Source: Beijerinckiaceae bacterium
GTDB taxonomy: Bacteria > Pseudomonadota > Alphaproteobacteria > Rhizobiales > Beijerinckiaceae
Reading direction: 5' to 3'
Assembly (NCBI GenBank): GCA_965249685.1
Contig: CBDFMN010000002.1
Location: 8,511 to 72,510 of the forward strand
Length of the DNA stretch: 64,000 bases
The notes below the pieces were generated by a model that saw only the letters and a list, made by a program, of their open reading frames with translations, searched no databases and was not told the origin of the DNA. Positions 40,401-49,013 of this stretch are shown here, in pieces (position 1 is the first letter of the stretch; each line of letters starts with the position of its first letter). The translations under genes and the position numbers were made by a program.

Positions 40401-41944
40401 GCCGGTTCGTCGAATTGGGCAAGCGCGACTATGTCGCCAACACCCATGTCGGGTTGCGGCCGTTCCGCCGCAACCTCTCCTATTTCGGCGTCGACCTCGA
40501 CCAGTTGCTGATCGACGAGCCCACCACGAGCAAGCTGCTGATGCGCTCCGTACTCGGTCTCTTCGCCAAGGGGGCGCTGACGCCCTTGCCCTATCGCGCT
40601 TTCGAGGCGGACGAGACGGTCGAGGCGTTTCGGCTGATGCAGCAGTCCGGCCATATCGGCAAGCTGGTGGTGAAGCCACCGGCGCCGGGCACGGTCGTCG
40701 CGCGGCAGCGGCGCGGCTTCCAAGTCTCGTCCGACAAAATCCACCTCGTCACCGGCGGCTTCGGCGGCTTCGGCCTGGAGGCGGCGCGTTGGCTGGCGGA
40801 CAAGGGCGCCCGCACCCTGCTGCTGGTCGGCCGCAGTGGCGCGGCGAGCCCGGCTGCGCGCGAGGCGCTGGCGACGATGGCCGCCGCCGGCGTGCGCGTG
40901 CGTGCCGAGGCGCTCGACATCGCCGATAAGGCCGCGGTGCAGCGGCTGTTCGCCCGCTTCGGCAAGGACCTGCCGGTGCTGGGCGGCATCATCCACGCCG
41001 CCATGGTGCTCGACGACGCGATGCTCCCCAACGTCACGGCGGAGCGGTTCGAGAAGGTGCTCCGACCGAAGGTGGCCGGGGCCGACCACCTCGACCAGCT
41101 CACGCGGGGGCTGTCGCTCGACTATTTCGTCCTGTTCTCGTCGGCGACGACGCTGATCGGCAATCCCGGCCAGGCCGCCTATGTCGCGGCGAACGGCTAT
41201 CTGGAGGGCCTTGCCCGCCGTCGCCGCGCGGCTGGACTGCCGGCGCTGGCCATCGGCTGGGGCGCGATCGAGGACGTCGGCGTGCTCGCCCGCTCGGAGG
41301 GCACGCGCGAGGCCCTGGCCAATCGCGTCGGCATCAAGGGCATGCTGGCCCAGGACGCGCTCCGCCAGATGGGCGAGGCCTTGAGCGCCCCGGCCTCGGC
41401 CGACGATGCGGTCGTGGTCATCGCGCCGATGAACTGGTCCGCGGCGCGCCAGCACCTCGCGGTCCTGCGCGGCCCTTCCTACGCCAAGCTGACGAGCGGC
41501 GGCGAGACGAAGGCGAGCGAGGCGAGCAAGATCGACATCGCCGCCCTCGTGGCGCAGAGCGCGCCGGAGGAGGCACGCAAGGTCGTCAGCGGGCTCATCG
41601 TCGAGGAGATCGCGCGCGTGCTGCGCCTGCCGCAGGAGGATATCGCCCGCACTACGGCGTTGGGGGAGATCGGCCTCGACTCGCTGATGGCGGTCGAGCT
41701 GGCACTCGGGCTGGAGGAGCGGTTCGCCCTGAAGGCGCCCCTGTCGGCGACAGCCAGCAGCTTCTCCGTCAACGAACTGGCCGATCACGTGATAGGCTTG
41801 GCGACCGGCACGTTGAGCGGTGACGAGGCGGTGACGCGCAGCATGGTCGAGCGCCACCTGGGGCCATCCGCCGACCTGGGAACGATGGATGCCGCGGCGG
41901 CGCTCCTCAAGAAGGGCCAGCACGCGAAGCCGGTCGTAAGCTGA
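34451..41944 (+). CDS. Highly reducing type I PKS, KS-AT-DH-(pseudo-MT)-ER-KR-ACP, RkpA/WcbR-like
   Basis: KS DTACSS/HGTGT/NIGHME; AT GHSVG and YPFH; DH HCVDGRAILP and DACFH; ER HGGAGGVG; KR GGFGGFG/LDD/YVAAN; ACP GLDSLM; no TE motif. Confidence 0.95.
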   Translation: MALAAKQRLAPLTQTTDIAVIGRSCRLPGAPSVADLWTLLASGTCAVSRVPDDRWSMDRMAHPRGAERGKSYTWAAGTLADVWGFDPAAFGLSPREAEQMDPQQRLLLELTWEALEDAGLRPSSIAGSDAGVFVGASALDYGNLRIIDSAAGDAYLMTGNTLSIIANRISYIFDLHGPSFTVDTACSSALVALNEAIVSLRSGRIDTAIVGGVNILASPFNFIGFSQAAMLSRIGLCQAFAAGADGYVRAEGGVALVLRTREAAERAGDHVHGFIVGSDVNSDGRTNGISLPSKVYQARLLETLYLKQGIDPATLAFVEAHGTGTRVGDPIEATAIGETLARKRRMPLLIGSIKTNIGHMEAASGLGGVLKAMLALEHDQLPPSLHSGELNPDIDFAALNLQVARALTPLAAAAPGERRIAGVNSFGFGGTNAHVILADGPKAAAPAPATGAAALPSYLVISAHSRAALGALVADYAARLDEADDAEAAAILAAAAHRRERLAHRVVVPVGARKDLVAVLDRLGDAEQDVTGAARGTAIDREAPVAAVFSGNGAQFVGMGVAAYAQNAWFRAHLDLVSEEFATLAGWSIVETLHDPGLSAKLELTQIAQPLLYAVQAAAYQALLAGGLKPTVIIGHSVGEVAAAEAAGILDRAGAIKTILARSLHQELSFGLGGMAVVIGSQEATEQIIAALPSLEIAAYNSPRAFTVSGSQEHIAKLSGVARAAKARIRKLDLAYPFHNALMAPVERPLLRSLADLKPVGSSLPFISTVTGGRLDGPELDAHYWWRNVREPVRFSQAVGAAVQAGARIFIEVGPTASLLSHINDCVDERTATIATLCALDKKDRGDDPIAAALAMALARGASVDDAKAFGPAPRGPVALPLYPWQRKSYRLPDSAESPGLTRSGAWHPLIGSRLSADRTEWHSTLDTVLHPSLADHCVDGRAILPGAAFAEMALAVARDWLGTDEATVTDLEITSPMILTADASREVVCRLSPHINHLEIVSRPRLGQTPWQTHATAKVVRDTAAVIVPGPDDHQPAPGTHVITGPEIYAMAARAGLQYGPTFQKLATAVAGRPDRITLDLTKEEADPAYGIDPARMDACFHALVLIFSSLRDAVHGTAYIPVRFGEIMLRRPGATFTKARIDVLRRDERIIIANFFLTDEAGDVIVFVREARFQAIRTSRGAEAGRQMVVQKSVLASEPTAARVERPLALAAFRRAIAPAAQARDAMAADFVLLEGWATAVALGAARDLATASFIDADALVASGRLPARAKPWLEDLLVSLDRSGLSHRDKLGRHVDPDIALPDPDEILRTIAAEHQNLGAEMLVAASVDAAIEALTAGDIETFLRPLSTKSIDGWELGGSQAHAAATSLIDLLKRSQAGWPKDRAMRVLQVGYGPLTGLAANLADATEARLTVFDPNRRRLERARLALAGRGDVGFVDKAADLPAAEFDFVIAAHVLYRHKRDASFWSGLRRAMAQGAIFAAIEPVPSFFRDLVLGLDARLTDEADAAGFDGLSVTEADWLETMQVIGLGDAEVVTTETANGGALLLTAQVEAERRHWSGTGDALIIGAGDARGTETTSAFATLLASSGLHVSLALDSELSAEALAEAPETIVFFAVASDEHVTPVKGLLDQCMRLKRLADGIGTRKSTLWLVTAGAMGSTNATRAGDVAAGVWAFSRTLANEVPTLDVRRVDLAADLRPDLLAERLRDLVLSKTVETEILLGPSVTRVVRFEAVAAQDRGQARRADAARLARGEGSGIDRIHWEAMPRHAPGPNDVEVAVEAIGLNFRDVMFGLGLLPEDILEHGFAGPTLGLECAGRIERVGAAVKGLKPGDRVIAFAKNAFATHVTTPAAVVAPIPNGIASEMAATIPVAFLTAYHALMLCARLKPMEWVLIHGGAGGVGLAAIQIARWRGARVIATAGSPEKRALLAALGAEHVFDSRSGAFVEDIRRVTGEGVGVVLNSLSGEAMERSIGVLRPFGRFVELGKRDYVANTHVGLRPFRRNLSYFGVDLDQLLIDEPTTSKLLMRSVLGLFAKGALTPLPYRAFEADETVEAFRLMQQSGHIGKLVVKPPAPGTVVARQRRGFQVSSDKIHLVTGGFGGFGLEAARWLADKGARTLLLVGRSGAASPAAREALATMAAAGVRVRAEALDIADKAAVQRLFARFGKDLPVLGGIIHAAMVLDDAMLPNVTAERFEKVLRPKVAGADHLDQLTRGLSLDYFVLFSSATTLIGNPGQAAYVAANGYLEGLARRRRAAGLPALAIGWGAIEDVGVLARSEGTREALANRVGIKGMLAQDALRQMGEALSAPASADDAVVVIAPMNWSAARQHLAVLRGPSYAKLTSGGETKASEASKIDIAALVAQSAPEEARKVVSGLIVEEIARVLRLPQEDIARTTALGEIGLDSLMAVELALGLEERFALKAPLSATASSFSVNELADHVIGLATGTLSGDEAVTRSMVERHLGPSADLGTMDAAAALLKKGQHAKPVVS

Positions 41945-41966
41945 TCGGCGATCGCGGCGGCTGGCC

Positions 41967-44237
41967 CTACGCCGCTGGCGCCGATGCCGCGTGGCCGCCG
42001 AGCACCTGGTCCAGCTTCGTCTGCAACTGGGCGCCGGTGAACGGCTTGGGCAGGAGATGCACGCCCTTGTGCAGACGGCCCTGGTGCGTCAGCACGTCGT
42101 TGGCGTAGCCGCTGACGAAGAGCACGCGCAGATGAGGCTGGATCTGCTTGGCGCGCAGCGCCAGTTCGTAGCCGTTCAGGCCGGGCAGGCCGACATCCGT
42201 GAACAGCAGGTCGAACCGGCCCGTCTCGCGCAGCGCGGCTAAGGCCTCCTCGGCATTGGCGGCGGCCACCGTGACGAAGCCGAGGTCCTGCATCATCTCC
42301 AGGGAATAGGCGAGGACGACCGCATTGTCTTCGACGATGAGGACGCGCAGGCCGGCGCGCGGCGGGTTGGCCGAGATCTCGGCTCGCGCCGCCGCAGGGG
42401 CGACCAGCGCCTTGGCGCAAGGCAGGTAGATTCCCACGCGCGTGCCGGCGTCGACGGCGCTGTCGATCTCGATATGCCCGCCGCTCTGCTTGACGAACCC
42501 GTAGACTTGGCTCAGCCCCAGCCCCGTACCCTGGCCGATCGGCTTGGTGGTGAAGAACGGCTCGAAGACGCGTTCGAGCACGGCGGCGGGAATGCCGCAG
42601 CCGGAGTCGCTGATCTCGATCAGCACGAAGCGGCCGTTCGCGAGGTCGGGATTGCGCCTGCCGACATCCTCGTCCGACACGACGTTGCGCGCGGCGATCT
42701 TCAAGGTACCCCGCCCAGCCATCGCGTCGCGGGCGTTGATCGCGATGTTGAGGATCGCGTTGTCGAGCTGGTTGGGATCGACGTCGGCGTGGTGGAGATC
42801 GTCGTCGAGGCGCAATTCCATCGTGATGTTCTCGCCCAACGTCCGCTCCAGCAGGTCCGACATCGACCGCACGAGCCGGCCGATGTCGGTGTCGGCGGGG
42901 TTCAGCGGCTGACGACGAGAAAAGGCGAGGAGGCGTTGGGTGAGCACGGCGCCGCGCTGCGCCGCGTCGAGCGCGTTTTGCGTCCAGCGCTGGAAACGCG
43001 GACCGTGTTCACGCCCATGCCGCTGCAGCAGTTCGAGGTTGCCGAGGACCGCCGTCAGCAGGTTGTTGAAGTCGTGGGCGACGCCGCCTGTGAGTTGTCC
43101 GATCGAATCGAGCTTCTGCGCCTGGCGCAACTGGTCTTCGGCGACGTCGCGGGCGGCGACGGCCGCGCCGCGCTCGGCCTGCGCTTGGTTCAGCGCCTGC
43201 AGGGCACGCACCTGCCGCAGCAGCAGCCAGGCGACGACGAGGACGGCACCGGCGCAAAACAGGGCGCCGAGCACGATGACCGCGGCGGTGCGGCGCCAAT
43301 CCCTGAGGATATCGTCCAACGTTCCCGTCACGTTGATGACGAGCGGAAAGTGCCGCGCGGCGATGGTCGCGACGATCCGCGGCGTCCCGTCGATCGCGGG
43401 CCATATCGAATAGGTCGTGGAATGGTCGCTGCGGACGATCCCGGAAAACGACTTGATGGCGAACCTGCGGCCGGTCCCGTTCGGCAAGGCGGGGTAGCGC
43501 GCCATGAGGATACCGTCGCTGCGCCACAGGCTGACCGCGCCGCCGTTGCCCACGTCGAGCGATCGGTAGAGATCCTCGAAATAGGCGAGGTCGATCGCGG
43601 CGGTGATGACGCCGAGGAACTCGCCCGAAGAACTGTTGATGCGGCGCGCGAGGTAGGTCGTCCATCGGCCGTCCGCAAGGTTGCGGACCGGCTCGCTGAC
43701 GATCAAGGCGTCCGGCTTGCCGGCCTTGGCATCCTGAAAATAGTCGCGGCTCGCGAGGTTGAAGGTCGGCGGCGGGAAGGAGCGCGAGGTCACGACCGGG
43801 ATACCGTCAGACCCGAGCACGGTGATGGCCGACACCTGCGGCACGCCGGCCAGGCGCGAGCGCATCGCCTCGTGGGTCTCGCGCTTGGATTGCGTCGCCC
43901 GAAGGTCCTCGGCCGTCGTGATCTTGTCTCCGGCGATCTTCTCCTGGAAGCTGCGCAGGATGAGGTCGGCGCCCTGAACCGCCCGCTCCGTTTCCTCGCC
44001 GAGGAGCAGATCAAGCGTCCTGAGGGTCTGCTCCGCCTGGTCGATCTCGTGGGCGCGTAGGCGCAGGGCGGAGGCCAGCCCGATCGCGACGATCACGACG
44101 ATGGCGAGCGCGGCCCCCGCGACGATCCAGCGTTTGGGCTGGTCGGAGAGGCTGAGGTTCGGAAACGCGGCGCCGGGCGAGAACCTCGAGGCCCGGCCCG
44201 GCTTTGACCCGGCGCCCGCCCTCGGCATGTTCAGCAA
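41967..44237 (-). CDS. Hybrid sensor histidine kinase/response regulator with Cache-type periplasmic domain
   Basis: Two TMs; H-box GGVAHDFNNLL; NAILNIAINARDAM; DSGCG; GTGLGL; REC LLFTDVGLPG. Confidence 0.93.
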   Translation of the reverse strand: MLNMPRAGAGSKPGRASRFSPGAAFPNLSLSDQPKRWIVAGAALAIVVIVAIGLASALRLRAHEIDQAEQTLRTLDLLLGEETERAVQGADLILRSFQEKIAGDKITTAEDLRATQSKRETHEAMRSRLAGVPQVSAITVLGSDGIPVVTSRSFPPPTFNLASRDYFQDAKAGKPDALIVSEPVRNLADGRWTTYLARRINSSSGEFLGVITAAIDLAYFEDLYRSLDVGNGGAVSLWRSDGILMARYPALPNGTGRRFAIKSFSGIVRSDHSTTYSIWPAIDGTPRIVATIAARHFPLVINVTGTLDDILRDWRRTAAVIVLGALFCAGAVLVVAWLLLRQVRALQALNQAQAERGAAVAARDVAEDQLRQAQKLDSIGQLTGGVAHDFNNLLTAVLGNLELLQRHGREHGPRFQRWTQNALDAAQRGAVLTQRLLAFSRRQPLNPADTDIGRLVRSMSDLLERTLGENITMELRLDDDLHHADVDPNQLDNAILNIAINARDAMAGRGTLKIAARNVVSDEDVGRRNPDLANGRFVLIEISDSGCGIPAAVLERVFEPFFTTKPIGQGTGLGLSQVYGFVKQSGGHIEIDSAVDAGTRVGIYLPCAKALVAPAAARAEISANPPRAGLRVLIVEDNAVVLAYSLEMMQDLGFVTVAAANAEEALAALRETGRFDLLFTDVGLPGLNGYELALRAKQIQPHLRVLFVSGYANDVLTHQGRLHKGVHLLPKPFTGAQLQTKLDQVLGGHAASAPAA

Positions 44238-44255
44238 GGCTGGCAGCCCACCATT

Positions 44256-44465
44256 CTAGCCGGCACCGCCGTCGACTTCCTTGCCGGACGCGTGTGACCG
44301 GCTGGTCAGCGCGCCGGACCCGGGCGTCGCCTCGTCGTTGGTGAGGTGACCGGCCGCGTGCGCGCCCGCCGCCGGCATCGTGGCGGCTGGGGGCTGCCGA
44401 TCTACGGGTTCGCGCACCGGAGGTTTCGCGGCTTTGTCGCCCGCGTTCTTGTCTGACGCTTCCAT
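44256..44465 (-). CDS. Small hydrophilic hypothetical protein
   Basis: GGAGG RBS upstream; HLTNDEATPGSGAL motif. Confidence 0.6.
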   Translation of the reverse strand: MEASDKNAGDKAAKPPVREPVDRQPPAATMPAAGAHAAGHLTNDEATPGSGALTSRSHASGKEVDGGAG

Positions 44466-44635
44466 CCCGTCCTCCCACGCTGTTGCCTGGCGCTGAAACG
44501 CAGTGAAGGCAAGGCCGCGGCCTTTGAGGTGGCCCGCGCAGACGACGCGCGGGCGACGCCCTCAGGCGCGCGCCGGCCGCCTCGCAACCATGATCCAGCT
44601 TTGCCGCGGAGGCAACCTCCCATCTTTCGGCGGAG

Positions 44636-45625
44636 CTACCAGCGCACGAGCGCGCTGCCCCACGCCATGCCTGCGCCAATCGCCATCATCGCGACGAGGT
44701 CGCCGGCCTTCATGCGGCCGGCTCTGTTCGCTTCGTCGAGCGAGAGGGGGAGCGAGGCGCTCGACGTGTTGCCGTAGCGGTCGAGGTTCATCCAGCAGCG
44801 ATCGAGCGGGATGCCGACACGCTCGAGCACCGATTCGACGATGCGGATGTTGGCTTGGTGCGATACCACGTGGTCGACGTCGCCGGCCGTGATCCCGTTG
44901 GCGGCGAAGGCCTCTTCCAGCGCGGGCGGCAGGACGCGGACGGCGAACTTGTAGACGTCGCGTCCCTCCATCGAAACCTTGTGCATCTTGGCGGCGAGAA
45001 CCTCGGGCGAAGGCGGGTACCGGCTGCCGCCACCGGGGATGCAGAGGCTCTTCGCCATCGTGCCGTCGGTGTGGAGATGCGCGGAGAGCAGGCCGCGTTC
45101 CGGATCGGGACTGGGGCCAAGCACCATGGCGCCTGCGGCATCGCCGAAGAGCACGCAGGTGTTGCGGTCGCTCCAATCGACGAGCCGGCTGAGCAGTTCG
45201 GCGCCGACGACCAGGATGCGCCGCGCGCTGCCGGAGCGGATGAACTGGTCGGCAATGGCCATCCCATACAGGGAGCCCGCGCAGGCGGCCGACAGGTCGA
45301 AGGCAAAGGCTTTTGACGCCCCGAGCCGCGCCTGCACGAGCGCGGCGCAGGAGGGCATCGGCATGTCCGGCGAAATCGTCGCCACGAAGATCGCGTCGAG
45401 CTCGGTAGCGTCCGTCTCGGCCATGGCGAGGGCGCGTCGCGCAGCGGCCACGGCCATGTCGGAGGTCGCCTCGTCCGGGGCGGCGATGCGGCGTTCGCGG
45501 ATGCCGGTCCTGTCCCGGATCCAGGTGTCGGACGTGTCCACCATGGCGGCAAGTTCGTCGTTCGTGAGGACACGATCCGGCACGTAGGAGCCGGTGCCGA
45601 TGATATGCGTCCGTCTCAACCGCAA
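44636..45625 (-). CDS. fabH: 3-oxoacyl-ACP synthase III
   Basis: AACAG (Cys), HQAN (His), GNTSSAS (Asn), LFGDAAGA; TTG start. Confidence 0.93.
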   Translation of the reverse strand: MRLRRTHIIGTGSYVPDRVLTNDELAAMVDTSDTWIRDRTGIRERRIAAPDEATSDMAVAAARRALAMAETDATELDAIFVATISPDMPMPSCAALVQARLGASKAFAFDLSAACAGSLYGMAIADQFIRSGSARRILVVGAELLSRLVDWSDRNTCVLFGDAAGAMVLGPSPDPERGLLSAHLHTDGTMAKSLCIPGGGSRYPPSPEVLAAKMHKVSMEGRDVYKFAVRVLPPALEEAFAANGITAGDVDHVVSHQANIRIVESVLERVGIPLDRCWMNLDRYGNTSSASLPLSLDEANRAGRMKAGDLVAMMAIGAGMAWGSALVRW

Positions 45626-45763
45626 GGCCTCGGTGCGTGACGACCACGCGCAAGCGGCGCGCGTTCCGTGGCCGGCTTAGGCCAATTCCGGCCGCAGCGA
45701 TAGGTGGGCTCGCCGCCGGGAAGCGTGCCGGCCTGGATGCCACCCCTCCCCCCCGGCGCACGA

Positions 45764-46030
45764 CTACGAGCGGCGCCGGACCGGCTTGGCGATCTCCGCA
45801 TCGGTCAGGGCATAGGAGGTCTGTAACATTTCGATCGTGCTACGCGCCGCGCGCAGCACGTTGTTGTCCACGCGGGGCCGCACGGCAGCCAACGTCCAGT
45901 TCGTGCCCCCTTCCAGAGAGGCGCGCGGCTGTATCAGGATTTCGCTGACATGCTCGAACCCGGCGCAGCGCCGGAGGGAGGCAAGGCAGATCGACTGTAG
46001 TTGGGTGCTGGAACAGACCTCTCGGGCCAT
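45764..46030 (-). CDS. Small hypothetical protein
   Basis: MAREVCSSTQLQSICLASLRR...NWTLAAVRP; plausible composition, ATG start. Confidence 0.55.
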   Translation of the reverse strand: MAREVCSSTQLQSICLASLRRCAGFEHVSEILIQPRASLEGGTNWTLAAVRPRVDNNVLRAARSTIEMLQTSYALTDAEIAKPVRRRS

Positions 46031-46072
46031 CGAGATCTCCGGTGGGAGGGATGCAGGGGGCAAGGGAGCGCT

Positions 46073-46432
46073 TTAGCCTCGGCTCGTCGCCCAGCCGACA
46101 AGGTAGCCGATCGCGCCGGCCAGCAGCAGCGCCTCCATCGGCTGTTTGGCAACCTGCCGCGCCAACTGGTCCGCGCCACCCTCGTAGGCGCGACGACCGG
46201 CAGCGGCCGCATCGGAGGCCGAACCCGGCAGGGAGTCGGACGCCTGGCTCACCGCCTCCTTCGCCCGGCCGTAAAGGTCGCTCGTGGCGTCGGCCGCCTG
46301 GGCGCCATATCCCTGCGCCTGCCCAGTCAGGTCGGCGGTCGTCTCCTTCACGCCTTGCCTGGTCTCGGCGGCCTCCTTGCCGAGGCTGCCACCGATGTCT
46401 TTCGCGGTGCTCTTCACGTCGTCAGGCTTCAT
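46073..46432 (-). CDS. CsbD/ElaB-like tail-anchored stress protein
   Basis: Ala/Gly/Asp-rich body; C-terminal QPMEALLLAGAIGYLVG anchor. Confidence 0.75.
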   Translation of the reverse strand: MKPDDVKSTAKDIGGSLGKEAAETRQGVKETTADLTGQAQGYGAQAADATSDLYGRAKEAVSQASDSLPGSASDAAAAGRRAYEGGADQLARQVAKQPMEALLLAGAIGYLVGWATSRG

Positions 46433-46502
46433 CGGGTCCTCGCAGGCATGAACAAAAAGCATATTTACCGCCGCCGCTTGCGGTCTTGACTGGCCCGAAC
46501 TA

Positions 46503-46527
46503 AACGCTGGCTCCCACCAACCGTTCC
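46503..46527 (-). promoter_or_regulatory. Sigma-EcfG (general stress) promoter
   Basis: Minus strand exact GGAAC-N16-CGTT, 70 bp upstream of the CsbD/ElaB-like ATG. Confidence 0.82.
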
Positions 46528-46623
46528 CATTGGCGCGGCATCGCAGCCGCGTCTTTCGTCGGCTCGATCCCTCCTCCCATCCACGCCCTTCCAGCGGCCC
46601 CCGCCACCCGGAGCCATGCCGTC

Positions 46624-47613
46624 ATGCTGACCTTCTACGGCGCGCGAACCAAGGGCGGCGTCGCCGTCGACCTTGGGACGGGCGAGATCCCGCCGCAGGT
46701 CAATTGGATCGACGCGTTCGACCCCACCGCGGAGGAGATCGCCGCGCTCGAACGCGCCTTGCGCGCGCGCGTACCGACGCTGGCCGATCTCGAGGAGGTC
46801 GAATCCTCATCGCGCCTGGCGACGGAAGGGCAGACCATCGTCATGAGCCTGCCGGCGACGGTGCGCGACGAGACGGGCTTCGCCCACACCTCGCCGATCG
46901 GCTTCGTCCTGTCGCAGGAGCGTCTCCTGACCATCCGCTTCGCGCGGCTCCCCTCGTTCGAGCACCTGAGCAAGCGCCTGAGCGAGCACGGCGAGATCGC
47001 AGAGGGCGGCCTGGGCGCCGCAGTGACCATCCTCGAGATCGTCATCGACCACATCGCAGACCTGCTGGAGCGGATCGGCGGCGAACTCGACGTCGTGTCG
47101 CGCAAAGTCTTCGGCACGGAAGCCATTGCGGGCAAGCCGAGCCGCCCCCACCGCAACAACGAGGCGATGCGCCGGCTCCTGCAGACGGTCGGCCGCAGCG
47201 GCGACGTCGCCTCCAAGATGAGCGAGAGCCTGCTCGGCCTCAACCGGATGATGCCCTATATCGCCGCCCATACCGGGGCCTACATCACACCGGAGTACAA
47301 GGCGCGCTTGGAGGTGATGGCGCAGGACGCGAAGTCGCTGAACGACTACGAGGAGCACCTGACCAACAAGACCCATTTCCTGCTCGACACGCTGCTCGGC
47401 CTCGCCAACATCGAGCAGAACAACGTCTTCCGGGTGCTCACCGTCGTCTCCGTCATCGGCATCCCGCCGACCTTCTTCGCCTCGCTGTGGGGCATGAACT
47501 TCAAGACCATGGCCGAACTCGACTGGCCGCACGGCTACACGATGGGCCTCAGCGTCATCATCGCCAGCGCCGTCCTGCCGGCCGTCTGGTTCAAGGTGAA
47601 AGGCTGGTGGTGA
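46624..47613 (+). CDS. corA: CorA family Mg2+/Co2+ transporter
   Basis: [13 protein letters not shown] signature; two C-terminal TMs. Confidence 0.93.
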   Translation: MLTFYGARTKGGVAVDLGTGEIPPQVNWIDAFDPTAEEIAALERALRARVPTLADLEEVESSSRLATEGQTIVMSLPATVRDETGFAHTSPIGFVLSQERLLTIRFARLPSFEHLSKRLSEHGEIAEGGLGAAVTILEIVIDHIADLLERIGGELDVVSRKVFGTEAIAGKPSRPHRNNEAMRRLLQTVGRSGDVASKMSESLLGLNRMMPYIAAHTGAYITPEYKARLEVMAQDAKSLNDYEEHLTNKTHFLLDTLLGLANIEQNNVFRVLTVVSVIGIPPTFFASLWGMNFKTMAELDWPHGYTMGLSVIIASAVLPAVWFKVKGWW

Positions 47614-48985
47614 GCGCCTTGAGCCAGCGCTCCGCCTGCGTCGCGACATTGGCGGGCGCGGTGCCGCCATAGCTCGTCCGGCTCGCCACCGATTGGGCGA
47701 CGCCGAGCACGGCGAAGACGGCCTCGGTGATCCGCGGCTCGACCGAGCGGAGGTCGTCGAGGGACAGGTCCTCCAACCCGGTCCTGCGCTCCGCTGCCAG
47801 CGCCACCACGCGGCCGGTCACGTGGTGCGCCTCGCGGAAAGGCATGCCGAGCGCGCGCACGAGCCAATCCGCGAGGTCGGTGGCCGTGGAGAAGCCGGCG
47901 CCCGCCGCCGCGGCCATGCGCTGCGTGTCGGGCGCGAGGTCGCCGACCATGCCGGTCATCGCGGCGAGGCAGAGGGAGAGCGTCTGCAGCGCGTCGAACG
48001 TGCCCTCCTTGTCCTCCTGCATGTCCTTGGAATAGGCGAGCGGGAGGCCCTTCATCACGACGAGCAGGCCGGTGAGCGCGCCGATCACGCGGCCGGCTTT
48101 GCCGCGGACCAGTTCGGCCGCGTCCGGGTTGCGCTTCTGCGGCATGATGGAGGAGCCGGTCGAGAACTTGTCCGACAACGCGGCGAAGGCGAACTGCGCC
48201 GTCGCCCAGAGCACGATCTCCTCGGCGAAGCGCGACAGGTGGGTCGCGCAGATCGCGGCCGCGGCGAGCGCCTCGAGCGCGAAGTCCCGGTCCGACACGC
48301 TGTCGAGAGAATTGGCCGTCGGCCGGTCGAAGCCGAGGGCGAGGGCCGTCTGGTCACGGTCGATCGGGAACGACGTGCCGGCGAGCGCCGCCGCACCGAG
48401 CGGGCACTCGTTGAGGCGGCGGCGCGCATCGGAACACCGGCTTCGGTCCCGCCCCAGCATCTCGACGTAGGCGAGGAGATGGTGGCCGAACGTGATCGGC
48501 TGCGCGCTCTGCATGTGGGTGAAGCCCGGCATGACGCTGCCGGCGTGCTCGCGCGCCTTCGTCGCCAGGGCGAGCTGCAGGTCGCGCAGCTGGCCGTCGA
48601 GCTGGTCGAGGGTGTCGCGCACCCATAGCCGGAAGTCGAGGGCCACCTGGTCGTTGCGGGACCGGCCGGTGTGGAGGCGGCCGGCGGCTGGCCCGACGAG
48701 GCTGGCCAACCGCGACTCGACATTCATGTGGATGTCTTCGAGCGCGCGGGAGAAGGTGAAATGCCCGCTCTCGATTTCGCCACGGATGGTCTTTAGCCCC
48801 GCAACGATGGCGGCGGCGTCGCTCGCATCCACGATCCCGGTCTTGGCCAGCATGGCGATATGGGCTAGCGATCCTGCGATGTCCTGGCCGGCCATCTTCT
48901 GGTCGAAGCCGATGGAGGCGTTGATCTCCTCCATGACGGCGTCGGGACCGCTGGCGAATCGGCCGCCCCACATCTTGTTGCTCAT
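47591..48985 (-). CDS. argH: Argininosuccinate lyase
   Basis: [32 protein letters not shown]. Confidence 0.97.
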   Translation of the reverse strand: MSNKMWGGRFASGPDAVMEEINASIGFDQKMAGQDIAGSLAHIAMLAKTGIVDASDAAAIVAGLKTIRGEIESGHFTFSRALEDIHMNVESRLASLVGPAAGRLHTGRSRNDQVALDFRLWVRDTLDQLDGQLRDLQLALATKAREHAGSVMPGFTHMQSAQPITFGHHLLAYVEMLGRDRSRCSDARRRLNECPLGAAALAGTSFPIDRDQTALALGFDRPTANSLDSVSDRDFALEALAAAAICATHLSRFAEEIVLWATAQFAFAALSDKFSTGSSIMPQKRNPDAAELVRGKAGRVIGALTGLLVVMKGLPLAYSKDMQEDKEGTFDALQTLSLCLAAMTGMVGDLAPDTQRMAAAAGAGFSTATDLADWLVRALGMPFREAHHVTGRVVALAAERRTGLEDLSLDDLRSVEPRITEAVFAVLGVAQSVASRTSYGGTAPANVATQAERWLKALTTSLSP

Positions 48986-49013
48986 GTTCCCGCGCCCACG
49001 AAAAGAAGCTGCC

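Noticed and set aside
37178-41923. Very long antisense ORFs (715 and 859 aa) opposite the PKS, and similar ones opposite other genes
   Set aside because: Expected in high-GC DNA with biased codons; Arg/Ala/Gly-rich with no motifs.
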